In this document: one piece after another, positions 7,344 to 16,314 of the stretch
Position numbering within the stretch: the first letter of the stretch is position 1
Layout: each line of letters starts with the position of its first letter
Origin: an uncultured Desulfovibrio sp.
GTDB taxonomy: Bacteria; Desulfobacterota; Desulfovibrionia; Desulfovibrionales; Desulfovibrionaceae
Reading direction: 5' to 3'
Assembly (NCBI GenBank): GCA_900550745.1
Contig: URTO01000001.1
Location: 1-34,722 of the forward strand
Length of the DNA: 34,722 nucleotides
The notes under the pieces: model-generated
Databases searched by the model: none
What the model saw: the letters and a program-made list of their open reading frames with translations, nothing else
Told to the model about the DNA's origin: nothing
Position numbers and translations under genes: made by a program

Positions 7344-9084
7344 GTTCCGCGCCTCCTGCAAGCCAATTTTCGGAACGCTCAAAGGCTTCCCACATCTTCC
7401 GATAGACGGGAGACGCGGCGAGCAGCCCGGCATGGCTGCCGGAAGCCGCCAGTTCGCCGTCCCGGATCACCAGAATCGCATCCGCGTCCGCAATGCTCCG
7501 CAGCCGATGGGCGATCACCACCACGGTCTTGCCCCGCGCCAGTGCGGAAAGCGCCTTTTGCAGCTCGTCCTCATTGTCGGGATCGCAATACGCCGTGGCC
7601 TCGTCCAAAATGAGCACGGGGGCGTTCTTCAGCAGCGCCCGCGCAATGGCGATGCGCTGGCGTTCGCCGCCCGAAAGGGAGCACCCGCAACCGAGCATGG
7701 TTTCATAGCCCTGCGGGAGCGACATGATGAAGTCGTGGCAGCGCGCGGCCTTCGCCGCCTCCGTCACTTCCTCGAAGGTGGCGTCCGGCTTGCCCAGACG
7801 GATGTTGTCGAGCACGCTCTGCTCAAAGACCGTATTGTTCTGGGTCACAAAGGCGATGGTCGAGGCGAGCTGTTCCGCCGTCATGGAACGGATGTCCACG
7901 CCGCCGATGCGGATGCTGCCGCCCTGCACGTCCCAGAACCGGGCGAGCAGTTTGGCTATGGTGCTCTTGCCGCCGCCTGAAGGCCCGACCAGCGCGGTCA
8001 CCTTGCCCGCCTCGGCGGTGAAGGAAAGCCCTTCAAAGACCTTCTTGTCGCCGTAACCGAACGAAACGCCGTCGAAAACGACGTCAAACCGATCGGGCAC
8101 GGCGGGGGCGCCTTCCTGCGGCAGTTCGTCCATGTCGAGCAATGAGGCGATGCGCCCGGCGATCTGCATGCAGATGTTCATCTCGTCGCCGTAACGCCCG
8201 ATCTTGGTCAGCGGAGTGGCGTAGCACAGGGACGCGAACACGTAAAACAGCATCGAAGGCGCATCAATGCTCCCGGCGGCGTACAAGTAGCCCACCGCCG
8301 GAAAGACGAAGACGACCCCGGAACCCATGATCACGGAGTTGACCGTCATCGAATGGCGGCATTCCGCGAACCATTGGGTCATGAAGCCGCAATAGCTTTC
8401 GGCGGACTCCTCGAAGCGCGACCACGACTTCCCTTCGGCAGCGAAGATGCGGATTTCCTTCATCCCGTGGACGTACTCCACAAGGCTGCTGTTCAGCTTC
8501 TGCGTGGCGGCCTCCATGATGGGAAAGTTCTTCATGGCCAGCTTGCCCATGATGCCGAGGCACATCATATAGATGACGATGGGCAGCAGCATGACGAGGC
8601 CCACGCGCCAGTCCATGCATAGGACGATTATGATCATGCTGAGCGGGACGATGAGGTTGCCGATGATTTCCGGGTAATGGTGCCCGTAAAACATTTCGAG
8701 CTTTTCCACATCGTCGAAAATCCGGCTTTTCAGCTTGCCCGCCGAGTTTTCGTCAAGGAACCCCTGCGGGACGCGGGAGAGCTTCCGCAGCAGGTCGCTG
8801 CGGATCGCGTGGAGCGTCTCGAAGGCCGTCAAGTGCGAGAGCCGCGTCGACAGGAAGTGGAACACCACCTGAAGGAAAATCCCCATGACGGCCAGCCCGG
8901 CCCCCGCATAGGCCCGGGAAACATTCCGGGGAGCGGAAAGCAGCGCGTCCAAAATCACATACAACCCCAGCATCGGCAGCAGGCTGCACAGGGCCGAAAG
9001 GACGGCAAGCCCCCCGGCGACCAGCAACCGCCTGCGGTTCGCCTTGTTGGGGAGCCCGCACAGTGTCCGCATTCCATTACTCAT
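7336..9084 (-). CDS. ABC transporter, fused permease/ATPase (YbtP/IrtA-like)
   Basis: LSHLTAF and DDVEKLE segments, Walker A GPSGGGKST, LSGGERQR, LILDEATAYCDPDNE, IAHRL. ATG 9084 with GGAGG SD. Confidence 0.9.
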   Translation of the reverse strand: MSNGMRTLCGLPNKANRRRLLVAGGLAVLSALCSLLPMLGLYVILDALLSAPRNVSRAYAGAGLAVMGIFLQVVFHFLSTRLSHLTAFETLHAIRSDLLRKLSRVPQGFLDENSAGKLKSRIFDDVEKLEMFYGHHYPEIIGNLIVPLSMIIIVLCMDWRVGLVMLLPIVIYMMCLGIMGKLAMKNFPIMEAATQKLNSSLVEYVHGMKEIRIFAAEGKSWSRFEESAESYCGFMTQWFAECRHSMTVNSVIMGSGVVFVFPAVGYLYAAGSIDAPSMLFYVFASLCYATPLTKIGRYGDEMNICMQIAGRIASLLDMDELPQEGAPAVPDRFDVVFDGVSFGYGDKKVFEGLSFTAEAGKVTALVGPSGGGKSTIAKLLARFWDVQGGSIRIGGVDIRSMTAEQLASTIAFVTQNNTVFEQSVLDNIRLGKPDATFEEVTEAAKAARCHDFIMSLPQGYETMLGCGCSLSGGERQRIAIARALLKNAPVLILDEATAYCDPDNEDELQKALSALARGKTVVVIAHRLRSIADADAILVIRDGELAASGSHAGLLAASPVYRKMWEAFERSENWLAGGAEHD

Positions 9085-9421
9085 GGGAACCTCCAAGCCG
9101 CGCGGCCATCGGGGCCACGGCGTTATAACGGGCCCTCGCGGCGAGAAGATAGACGGCGGCCGATGCCGACGCCGAAAAAAGCCGCTTCTCCTCAAGGCTC
9201 CGCTCTACGTAGTCCTGCAGGTCGCGGACAGTCCGCAGGGCATCGACGCTCCTGTCGTCGAGCATGATGTCGAACGCCTCTTCCACTTCCATCGCCAGTT
9301 CGGGCATATCGAGCGCATCCGCCTCCAGATCGGAATGAAAATCGGTGTCCGGCCGAATGGATTCAACCGGAACCTTGAATTGGGCCGCGACGATTTCGTT
9401 CAACCGCCTTGCAATAGACAT
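9077..9421 (-). CDS. Acyl carrier protein-like protein lacking the phosphopantetheine-accepting Ser
   Basis: AcpP-like pattern (IRPDTDFHSDLEADALDMPELAMEVEEAFDI...LRTVRDLQDYV) with DAL in place of DSL. Strong AGGAGG SD, stop overlaps the next start, and roughly 35-aa extra C-tail. Confidence 0.75.
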   Translation of the reverse strand: MSIARRLNEIVAAQFKVPVESIRPDTDFHSDLEADALDMPELAMEVEEAFDIMLDDRSVDALRTVRDLQDYVERSLEEKRLFSASASAAVYLLAARARYNAVAPMAARLGGSHE

Positions 9422-9436
9422 GCTTCCGCCTCCTTT

Positions 9437-9474
9437 GCCGATCCGTGCGGACGCCGCGCCCGCACGGATGCGGC
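9437..9474. other. Intergenic stem-loop between the MMPL and ACP-like genes
   Basis: atccgtgcgg (9441-9450) and ccgcacggat (9460-9469) form a perfect 10-bp inverted repeat, extendable by gccg/cggc. No U-tract. Confidence 0.5.
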
Positions 9475-9478
9475 GTCC

Positions 9479-11815
9479 TCACTGCTTCTCTTCGCCGAAC
9501 ACCTTCAGGCGAACGATCAGGTTGGGGGTGATGAAATAGTCGCACAGGACCGCGACGATGACGCCTATGGCCACCAGAACGCCCATATGCACGAAGATGA
9601 CCATCTTGGAGAAGATGTAAGCCACAAAGCTGAGGCTCAGGATGCACGAGGTCAGCAGCATGGCCTTCCCGGTGCTCAGGAAGGTGCGCCGCACGCTCTC
9701 GCGGTAGTTGCCCGTGCGGATGAACTCAAGCTGGCAATGGTTGATGAAATGGATGGTGTCGTCCACCGCCAGCCCGAGCAGCATGGGAATGACCGTCACC
9801 GTCATCATGTCGAGCGGGATGTTGAAGAAACCCATGATGGCGCATACGAAGAACGCCGGGAGCAGGTTGGGGATCATGGCGATCAGCCCGATCCGCAGGC
9901 TGGCGAAGGCCAAGGCCATGATCAGGGAGATGGTGAGCATCGACGTAAAGACCGACTGCACCTGCCCCCAGCTGACGTAGTCCTGAATCTGCGTGAACTG
10001 GCACAGCGTGCCGGTCAGGATAACCTTGGCGTCGGGGAACAGCTCGGCCCCCCATTCCTTGATGGCGTTGAGCTCCCGCACGGCCTCGCCCGAATTGTAG
10101 TCGTCGATTTCGATCATGATGCGCAGCCGCTTGTACTCGTAGTCTACCCAGCGTTCGGCTTCCGTGCCTCCGGCGTTCTCGTACAGCAGCAAAATCTGCG
10201 CTATCTGCTCCCGGCTGTCGGGGATGGCGTAATACGCGGGATCGTTGGCGTTGAGCACCAGATTGAGATCCTTGACCACGTCGAGGACGCTGTGCACCTT
10301 CTTGGTCAGCGGGAACTCCTTGATGCGTTCGGTCAGCGTCTCAAGCTTCTTGAGGTTTTCCGGCAGACGGGCCTCATCCTCGTTCGGGAACTCTATCCCG
10401 ACGCCGAAAGAGTACAGCGAGCCGAGGGGCGTTTCGCTGATGCGGCAGATGCGGTCGACGTAGGGCACCTCCGTGCCGAAGGAACGGCGCAGGTCGAAGG
10501 CCACCTCGACCCTAAACAGGCCGATGACGGACGCGATGACTGCCAGCGCGGCGACGGCGAAGATGCTCTTCGGATAGTCCAGCACCCGGTTGCCCATGCG
10601 CTTCATGAGCGCGTCCAGCCAGCCGTCCTTCCTCTCCCGCTCCACGGCGGGCTTGTCCTTGCCGTAGGAAAGAAGAACCGGCAGCAGCACGATGGTCAGC
10701 ACATACAGCAGCATGGTCAGGATGGCTGACGTGGCCCCCACCCAGCGGATGGGCCGGAGGTTCACGAAGCAGAACGACAGCAGCGAAACCGCCGTGGTAA
10801 ACGCGCTGAAGAAGATGGGCCAGCCCGTTTCGCCGGTCGCATGTTCCAGCGACCAGCGCCGCAGCCCCGTCCTCTGGAACTCCCATCTGAAAAAGTTGAT
10901 GAAGTACAGCGAGTAGCATATCGCCATGGACAGGCTGAGGAAGATGGGCATCAACATGACCATCGGGTCGGTGCTGATGCCGAGCAGCCCCTGCATGCCG
11001 AGGACGATGGTCAGCCCAGCCCCTCCCAGAAACAGCGGGAAGACGACGCCGCGCACGCTGCGCAGGACGATGGTGAGCACAACCGCGACGAAGAGCAGCG
11101 ACAGCCCGATCAGGCGCGGCATCTCCTTGGCCATGAAGTTGCGCTTCTCCAGATTGATGACCGGCCAGCCGGTCGTCTGGGGATGCATGTAGGCGTATTT
11201 TTCCTGTCCGGCGATTTCGTTCACCTTCCGGCCGATGACCATTTCGATGAACTCGCCGTGCTCGTCCACCGTCCCGTCGGGGATGTTTTTCAGGCGCAGC
11301 ATGATCCACGCGTAGCGCCCGTCTTCCGAGACGAGGCGATCCTTCAGGGAAGGCTTGGCCATGATGGCGCTGCGGATTTTTTCCAGCGCCTCCGGCGATT
11401 CGGGGATCACGGAGGGAACGATGTCGGAAACGTCGAGCCCCTCTTCCGTGCCCTGCGTGAATTCCATGTCGGTGACGGAAACCACGTCGTCGGCATAGGG
11501 CACGCCGTCAAGCAGCTCCTTGCCCATTTCCCGGATGCCTTTCAGCACTTTGGGGGTAAAGACATTGTCCGTCTCCACCAATACGGCGCAGAAGTTGTCG
11601 TTCCCGAAAATGGACGCCATATAGTCCTTGGCGACCAGCAGGGCGTCACCCTCGTCAAAGTAGTGGGAGTCGTCCGTGTCGGTCTTCAACTGCTTCAGGC
11701 CGTACACGGAGAACGCCAGAACCAGAACCATGAGCACGAGAAACAGGTTTCTGCGTTTCAGGATGGCCTTGCTCAGGCCCACAAAACGCTCGTTGATTGC
11801 CTCAATGTTCAGCAT
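9479..11815 (-). CDS. MMPL/RND-superfamily exporter
   Basis: Two repeats of 1 TM + large periplasmic loop + 5 TM, GLAVDDTIHF motif in the second half, TGKAMLLTS. 778 aa, GAGGA SD. Confidence 0.88.
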   Translation of the reverse strand: MLNIEAINERFVGLSKAILKRRNLFLVLMVLVLAFSVYGLKQLKTDTDDSHYFDEGDALLVAKDYMASIFGNDNFCAVLVETDNVFTPKVLKGIREMGKELLDGVPYADDVVSVTDMEFTQGTEEGLDVSDIVPSVIPESPEALEKIRSAIMAKPSLKDRLVSEDGRYAWIMLRLKNIPDGTVDEHGEFIEMVIGRKVNEIAGQEKYAYMHPQTTGWPVINLEKRNFMAKEMPRLIGLSLLFVAVVLTIVLRSVRGVVFPLFLGGAGLTIVLGMQGLLGISTDPMVMLMPIFLSLSMAICYSLYFINFFRWEFQRTGLRRWSLEHATGETGWPIFFSAFTTAVSLLSFCFVNLRPIRWVGATSAILTMLLYVLTIVLLPVLLSYGKDKPAVERERKDGWLDALMKRMGNRVLDYPKSIFAVAALAVIASVIGLFRVEVAFDLRRSFGTEVPYVDRICRISETPLGSLYSFGVGIEFPNEDEARLPENLKKLETLTERIKEFPLTKKVHSVLDVVKDLNLVLNANDPAYYAIPDSREQIAQILLLYENAGGTEAERWVDYEYKRLRIMIEIDDYNSGEAVRELNAIKEWGAELFPDAKVILTGTLCQFTQIQDYVSWGQVQSVFTSMLTISLIMALAFASLRIGLIAMIPNLLPAFFVCAIMGFFNIPLDMMTVTVIPMLLGLAVDDTIHFINHCQLEFIRTGNYRESVRRTFLSTGKAMLLTSCILSLSFVAYIFSKMVIFVHMGVLVAIGVIVAVLCDYFITPNLIVRLKVFGEEKQ

Positions 11816-11857
11816 AGAATCCTCGCTGCGGTCGCATCGCCACGCGGAGCGGCCTCT

Positions 11858-13186
11858 TTAGAAACTGTAGCGTATCTTTCCCCACACTTGGGAATTGCGC
11901 TTGTAGACGCCGTATGAGCCGTCGTCCCCCTGAAACTTGTCCCAGCCCACGGTCAGTTCCAGCCCTTCCCCCAGCTCATAGGAAAACTGGAGGCGGTTGA
12001 AGTATTCCCCATCGTTCATCGAGTAGTAGATCATGTCGGAAACGGTCAGCAGCTCGTTGAAGAATGTCTTGGACACGTTCAGCGTCGCCTGCGGGGTGTG
12101 TTCCTCGCAGGTGAGGTTCCGCCTGTAGTCCACGACCCAGTCGTCAAGCACCTGCGCCGTGATCGTCCAGTTCCCGCCGGGTGACCAGTCCACCCCAAGC
12201 AGGGACTTGAGGACGTCATGCTTCGCGGGCTGCCCGTCGTCCACGGAAAGGCGGCGCCCCTGAAAGTACGCCGCCTCGCCCCGGAACACGAAGTCCGACC
12301 ACGGCTTGGCGAAATCAAGGCCGTAAATCATGATCCGGTGGTACTCAGGCTCCAAAACCATCTCCATGCCCGTATCCCCCGCCCGCATCGAATAATAATT
12401 GGCGGCGTTGTCGTCCCACGTGTAAAAGGCGGAAAGGGATACGTCGAACCCCGCCATGTAGGAAGACACCTTAGCGGCAAACTCGCTGTCCTTCAGCGAA
12501 TAGGAAGACGGCTCCTTGGCCCCCCTCCAGCGCACGGGCATGGGAAATGCGGCGGTGTAGTCCACGGCCCACGGATTGTCCCCCGATGCCAGCTTGGCGG
12601 GCTTGAATTCGGGTATCCAGATCAGCTCCGTGATCAGCGTATCGCTCATGATGCGCAGCTTCGCCGCCGTAACCGGGATGCGCATTTCATCAATTTCCCG
12701 GTTCAGGTACTCGGTGAAGTCCGTGGGGCAGATGTTGTCGGTGATGCGCACGCCGTCGGCCTTGCCCCAGATGATGAGCTGCCTGCCCAGCCGGAGATCC
12801 CAGCCGTCGCCCACATGCTCAAGCCATGCCTCGCGCACGGAGAAACCGTCCTCTGACGGGATCGTCCAGTTCTTTTCGGCGTCCATGGAAAGGAAGCCGT
12901 ACAGCCAGTTGAAATCCCCCTTCATTTCCAGACGCCCGTGCGCCCGGGACGTCACCTCATCGTGCGGAGCATGGGTGCGCACGGACTGCAACAGTTCGAT
13001 CCAGCCCGTCACGTCGATGCGTTCGCTCCAAAAGCCCACGACCTTATCCGCCGCCGTGGGCTCGGCCTCCCGCTCTTCGAGACGGCTCCACGCCTCCATT
13101 CCGGCGCCCTGCCCGCCCGCATGGGCGCGGCAGGGCAGGCAGAAGGCCGCCAGCAGCAGCCAGACGAAAAAGCGTTTGCCGGACAT
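11858..13186 (-). CDS. Outer-membrane beta-barrel protein (DUF1302-like)
   Basis: Signal peptide, VREAWLE...DLRLGRQLIIWGKAD motif, alternating beta strands, C-terminal RYSF. Lies in typical context between LolA-like and MMPL genes. Start taken as ATG 13186. Confidence 0.72.
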   Translation of the reverse strand: MSGKRFFVWLLLAAFCLPCRAHAGGQGAGMEAWSRLEEREAEPTAADKVVGFWSERIDVTGWIELLQSVRTHAPHDEVTSRAHGRLEMKGDFNWLYGFLSMDAEKNWTIPSEDGFSVREAWLEHVGDGWDLRLGRQLIIWGKADGVRITDNICPTDFTEYLNREIDEMRIPVTAAKLRIMSDTLITELIWIPEFKPAKLASGDNPWAVDYTAAFPMPVRWRGAKEPSSYSLKDSEFAAKVSSYMAGFDVSLSAFYTWDDNAANYYSMRAGDTGMEMVLEPEYHRIMIYGLDFAKPWSDFVFRGEAAYFQGRRLSVDDGQPAKHDVLKSLLGVDWSPGGNWTITAQVLDDWVVDYRRNLTCEEHTPQATLNVSKTFFNELLTVSDMIYYSMNDGEYFNRLQFSYELGEGLELTVGWDKFQGDDGSYGVYKRNSQVWGKIRYSF

Positions 13187-13190
13187 GGAA

Positions 13191-13985
13191 CTAACGCGAC
13201 CCTCGCTGCAGAACCGCCACTTGGAAGAGCGAATCCTCCAGCCCCTGATCATAGGTGAACGGGCCGAATTCCATGAGCGTCTTGTGCTCGTCGGCGATAT
13301 TGTTCATCTGCGCGCTCTGCACCGACCAGAACCCCTGCTGCTCCTGCAGCTTCAGCACGTCGTACACGCGGGTAAGCCCCTTCTTTTCATAGTATTCCAG
13401 ATGCACCACAAGGAGGGTCTTCTTGTCGATCCACACGACCCTGCGAACCACCGGATCGTCCTTGTCCACGGGAATGGACTCGACCTTCCAGCAATCGTAC
13501 TCCCCGTGCTTCTCCTCGCCCAGCAGGGTATGGGTATCCTTGCTGATGTTGCGTCGGCCCATGTCGATGTCGTCGTATGTGAAGTCGCTGCCCATGAAGA
13601 AATCGTTGTTCGCCGCCCCGCTGATCCGGCGCACCTTCTTCATGGAGGGCACGTACAGCCATTTGTCGTCGTCCTTGCCGGGCTCGTCGTAAGTCCATGA
13701 AAGGAAGCGCGTTCCCTCCACGTCCGCGGGGCTGCGGAACGTGATGAGGGATTTCCGATCCATCCCGTAGTCCTTCGCAACCTGTTCGAGGACGCGGACG
13801 CGCTGGGAGCCGCGCCTGTTGACCAGAGTCATGGTCAGCGTCCCCTGCCGGTCGTTGCCGTCAGGCCGCTCGCGCATCATGCTGATGACCTGCGTTCCGG
13901 TCAGCTCTTCAGCCACGGCGGGAACGGCGGACAAGACGCCGCACATGGCCAGCAGGGCCAACAGGCCCCTCAAAATACGATCCAT
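13191..13985 (-). CDS. Outer-membrane lipoprotein-sorting (LolA-like) periplasmic protein
   Basis: Signal peptide and F..PADVEGTRFL...DDKWLYVPSMKKVRRIS...FMGSDFTYDD motifs. ATG 13985 with AAGGAG SD. Confidence 0.82.
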   Translation of the reverse strand: MDRILRGLLALLAMCGVLSAVPAVAEELTGTQVISMMRERPDGNDRQGTLTMTLVNRRGSQRVRVLEQVAKDYGMDRKSLITFRSPADVEGTRFLSWTYDEPGKDDDKWLYVPSMKKVRRISGAANNDFFMGSDFTYDDIDMGRRNISKDTHTLLGEEKHGEYDCWKVESIPVDKDDPVVRRVVWIDKKTLLVVHLEYYEKKGLTRVYDVLKLQEQQGFWSVQSAQMNNIADEHKTLMEFGPFTYDQGLEDSLFQVAVLQRGSR

Positions 13986-14060
13986 GTCTACTCCTTTGCG
14001 TTTGCTCTGTGACATGGGGCCCACTCTGGGGCCCTCCGACAGCGACAAAACGTACTATTA

Positions 14061-14083
14061 TTGAATTTGAATTTCAATATCAA
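14061..14083 (-). promoter_or_regulatory. Fur-box-like operator upstream of the transport genes
   Basis: Minus strand TTGATATTGAAATTCAAATTCAA is 19/23 identical to TTGATAATGAAATTCTTTTTCAA at 5481-5503. It lies in an AT-rich intergenic patch. Confidence 0.68.
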
Positions 14084-14107
14084 ATATAGGCCAAAAAGAA
14101 TTTCATA

Positions 14108-15502
14108 TCAGGCGGTTTTCCGTTCCTGCCGGAACATATTGATCCGTGATTCGCCTAGGCGTTCCCGCAGCGCGTAGTCGCGGATCCCCATGTTCTCCTC
14201 CGGTGCGATGTTCAGGAAGCCGAGCTTCCCCACATGCGTGCCCTGATGGAGCATGTGGAAGGCCTCAGCCCCGTCCCGCAGCGGGAACACCCGCGAAAGC
14301 GTGGGATACAGGAAGCCCTTGCAGATGAGCCGCGCCGTCTGCACGGCCTCGTAGTAGTTCGCGGCGTGCGATCCGATGATGTGCTTGACGGTCTGCCACA
14401 GGTAGCGGTTGTCGAACACATGGTCATAGCCGGATGTGGAGCCGCAGGTGACGACCTTGCCCCCGGCGCGGGCGATGGCCACGCTCGCCGCGAACGTCGA
14501 ACGCCCCGTATGCTCGAAGACGATGTCGGGGTCTTCGCCGCCCGTGAGCTTCCGTATCTGCGCCTTCAGCCGCAGTATCTGCCGATTCTTAGTCCGCCCG
14601 CGCTCGTCGAGGAAGCGTTCCTCGCCGGGCGTCCGCGGAAGCACGATCACGCGTTCGCACCCCATTTTCCGTACCATTTCGGCCTTCTCCTCATTGGAGA
14701 CGATGCCGATGGGGATGCCGCCGCCGTTCAGCACGAACTGGATGGCGAACGTTCCGAGCCCGCCGGACGCGCCCCAGATCAGCACGTTGTCCCCCTGCAT
14801 CATCTGGGCTCCGTTCTTGGAAACGAGCATGCGGTAGGTCGTGGTCGCCACAAGGGTCATGGACGCGGCCTCAACCCATGTCAGGTGTTCCGGCTTGGGG
14901 AGAAGCTGATGCTCGCGCACCAGCGTGAAGTCCGCGAACGATCCGAAATTCGTCTCGAAGCCGTAGGCCATCAGATGGGGATCCCGGATCTCGTCGTCGA
15001 AGACTTCCGGCGAAGCCACGTCGCATGTGGGGCCGAAGATCATGACCCTGTCTCCGGGTTTCCAGCGCGTGACGGCCGACCCCGTCCGCACGATCACCCC
15101 CGCCCCATCCGTGCCGAGGACATGGTGATCCAAATTGTGCTTGGCGTTGTCCGGAGAATATTTGGCGTATTCCCCAATATAGTTGAAGCCGGGGGAAGGC
15201 TCGAACAGGGACGACCATACGTTGTTGAAATTCAGGGCGGAGGCCATGACGGCCACAAGCACCTCGTGGGGGCCGACTTCCGGGAGAGGCACCTCTTCAA
15301 AATGCAGCGAGCGGCGCGGATCCTTCTCCGTAAAGCTCAGGCCCTGAAACAAGCCCGTTTCATCGCGATGGACGGTCAGCGCCCGCATCGCATCGGGCAG
15401 GGGGGCATTGGCGAAGTCGTCTGGAACGCTGCGCTCCGACTCCGCAAGGTCGAGGATGTGCTTCAATTCTGGTTTCATCGTCAAATCCTGTTGAAGGGTC
15501 AT
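14108..15502 (-). CDS. ccrA: Crotonyl-CoA carboxylase/reductase (enoyl-CoA carboxylase/reductase)
   Basis: VAVMASALNFNNVW, GFETNFGSFA, NVLIWGASGGLG, DPDIVFEHTGR, TCGSTSGY, DNRYLW and IIGSH motifs. The CO2-binding Asn/Phe/Glu/His set is present. Confidence 0.92.
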   Translation of the reverse strand: MTLQQDLTMKPELKHILDLAESERSVPDDFANAPLPDAMRALTVHRDETGLFQGLSFTEKDPRRSLHFEEVPLPEVGPHEVLVAVMASALNFNNVWSSLFEPSPGFNYIGEYAKYSPDNAKHNLDHHVLGTDGAGVIVRTGSAVTRWKPGDRVMIFGPTCDVASPEVFDDEIRDPHLMAYGFETNFGSFADFTLVREHQLLPKPEHLTWVEAASMTLVATTTYRMLVSKNGAQMMQGDNVLIWGASGGLGTFAIQFVLNGGGIPIGIVSNEEKAEMVRKMGCERVIVLPRTPGEERFLDERGRTKNRQILRLKAQIRKLTGGEDPDIVFEHTGRSTFAASVAIARAGGKVVTCGSTSGYDHVFDNRYLWQTVKHIIGSHAANYYEAVQTARLICKGFLYPTLSRVFPLRDGAEAFHMLHQGTHVGKLGFLNIAPEENMGIRDYALRERLGESRINMFRQERKTA

Positions 15503-15531
15503 ATCGCCTCAAAACAAAGGGGACGCCCCTA

Positions 15532-16293
15532 TCAAAGGGCGTACATCAGAAGGGACTGGGCAATTTGCCCGATCACCTCTCCGCGCCACTTCCGCAGATA
15601 AAAATGCCCGCCGGGATAGGTCGCCATGCTGCACACGCCCGTCGTGAACAGCCTCCAGAGCCGGACACGATCGAGGGGGACGAGGATGTCCTTCTCCCCC
15701 GCGAACACGGAAATGGGAATGTCCAGCGCCTCCCGCGTACCGTCGATCATGGTGAGCAGCAAAGCGTGATCCTGAAGGAGCGTCCGCTTCACCACCTCCA
15801 GGCTGTCCGCGTCGAGGAGGATCGATTCGGGAACGGCGTTCGACTGGAGCACCCTGTTGAGGAAGGCCTCGTCACCGACGGCCTCCGGGGGCAGCTCCTC
15901 CGGCGGGATGGGCGTCGGAGCCGCCGAGATGAACAGATGCACCGGGGCCGCCATCCCTTCCCGCACGAGATGCAGCGCCAGCCGGAAGGCCAAAAGCCCT
16001 CCCATGCTGTGCCCGAAGAACGCCGTCTTCGACGTGAAATAGGGGCACAGAGCCTCGGCGAGCCGTTTGCACAGCTCATCTATGTCCGTCACGGCCTGTT
16101 CCCCGTAGCGTTCCTCATGGCCGGGGAGCTGCACGGGGAACAGGCTTATGTAATCGGGGAGCAGGGGCTTCCATGGAAGGAATGAGGAAGCCCCGCCTCC
16201 CGCGTACGGAAAGCAGAAGAGGCGCACCTGTTCATCCGCCGCGACGTTTTCAAAACGAATCCAGCGGGACTGCCGCCGTACGTTGTCCGACAC
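15532..16293 (-). CDS. Type II (editing) thioesterase, YbtT/PchC-like
   Basis: LFCFPYAGGGAS, GHSMG nucleophile motif and GGHFY. GTG start with GGAGGA SD. Confidence 0.92.
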   Translation of the reverse strand: MSDNVRRQSRWIRFENVAADEQVRLFCFPYAGGGASSFLPWKPLLPDYISLFPVQLPGHEERYGEQAVTDIDELCKRLAEALCPYFTSKTAFFGHSMGGLLAFRLALHLVREGMAAPVHLFISAAPTPIPPEELPPEAVGDEAFLNRVLQSNAVPESILLDADSLEVVKRTLLQDHALLLTMIDGTREALDIPISVFAGEKDILVPLDRVRLWRLFTTGVCSMATYPGGHFYLRKWRGEVIGQIAQSLLMYAL

Positions 16294-16314
16294 GTTTCGT
16301 TCCTCCGCTCCCGC

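Noticed and set aside
1418..14048. Longer upstream starts in the ORF track (2296, 1518, 5555, 7433, 9195, 13252, 14048)
   Set aside because: The extensions overlap neighbouring genes or regulatory sites and look non-protein-like. Downstream starts have SD sequences or tight gene coupling.
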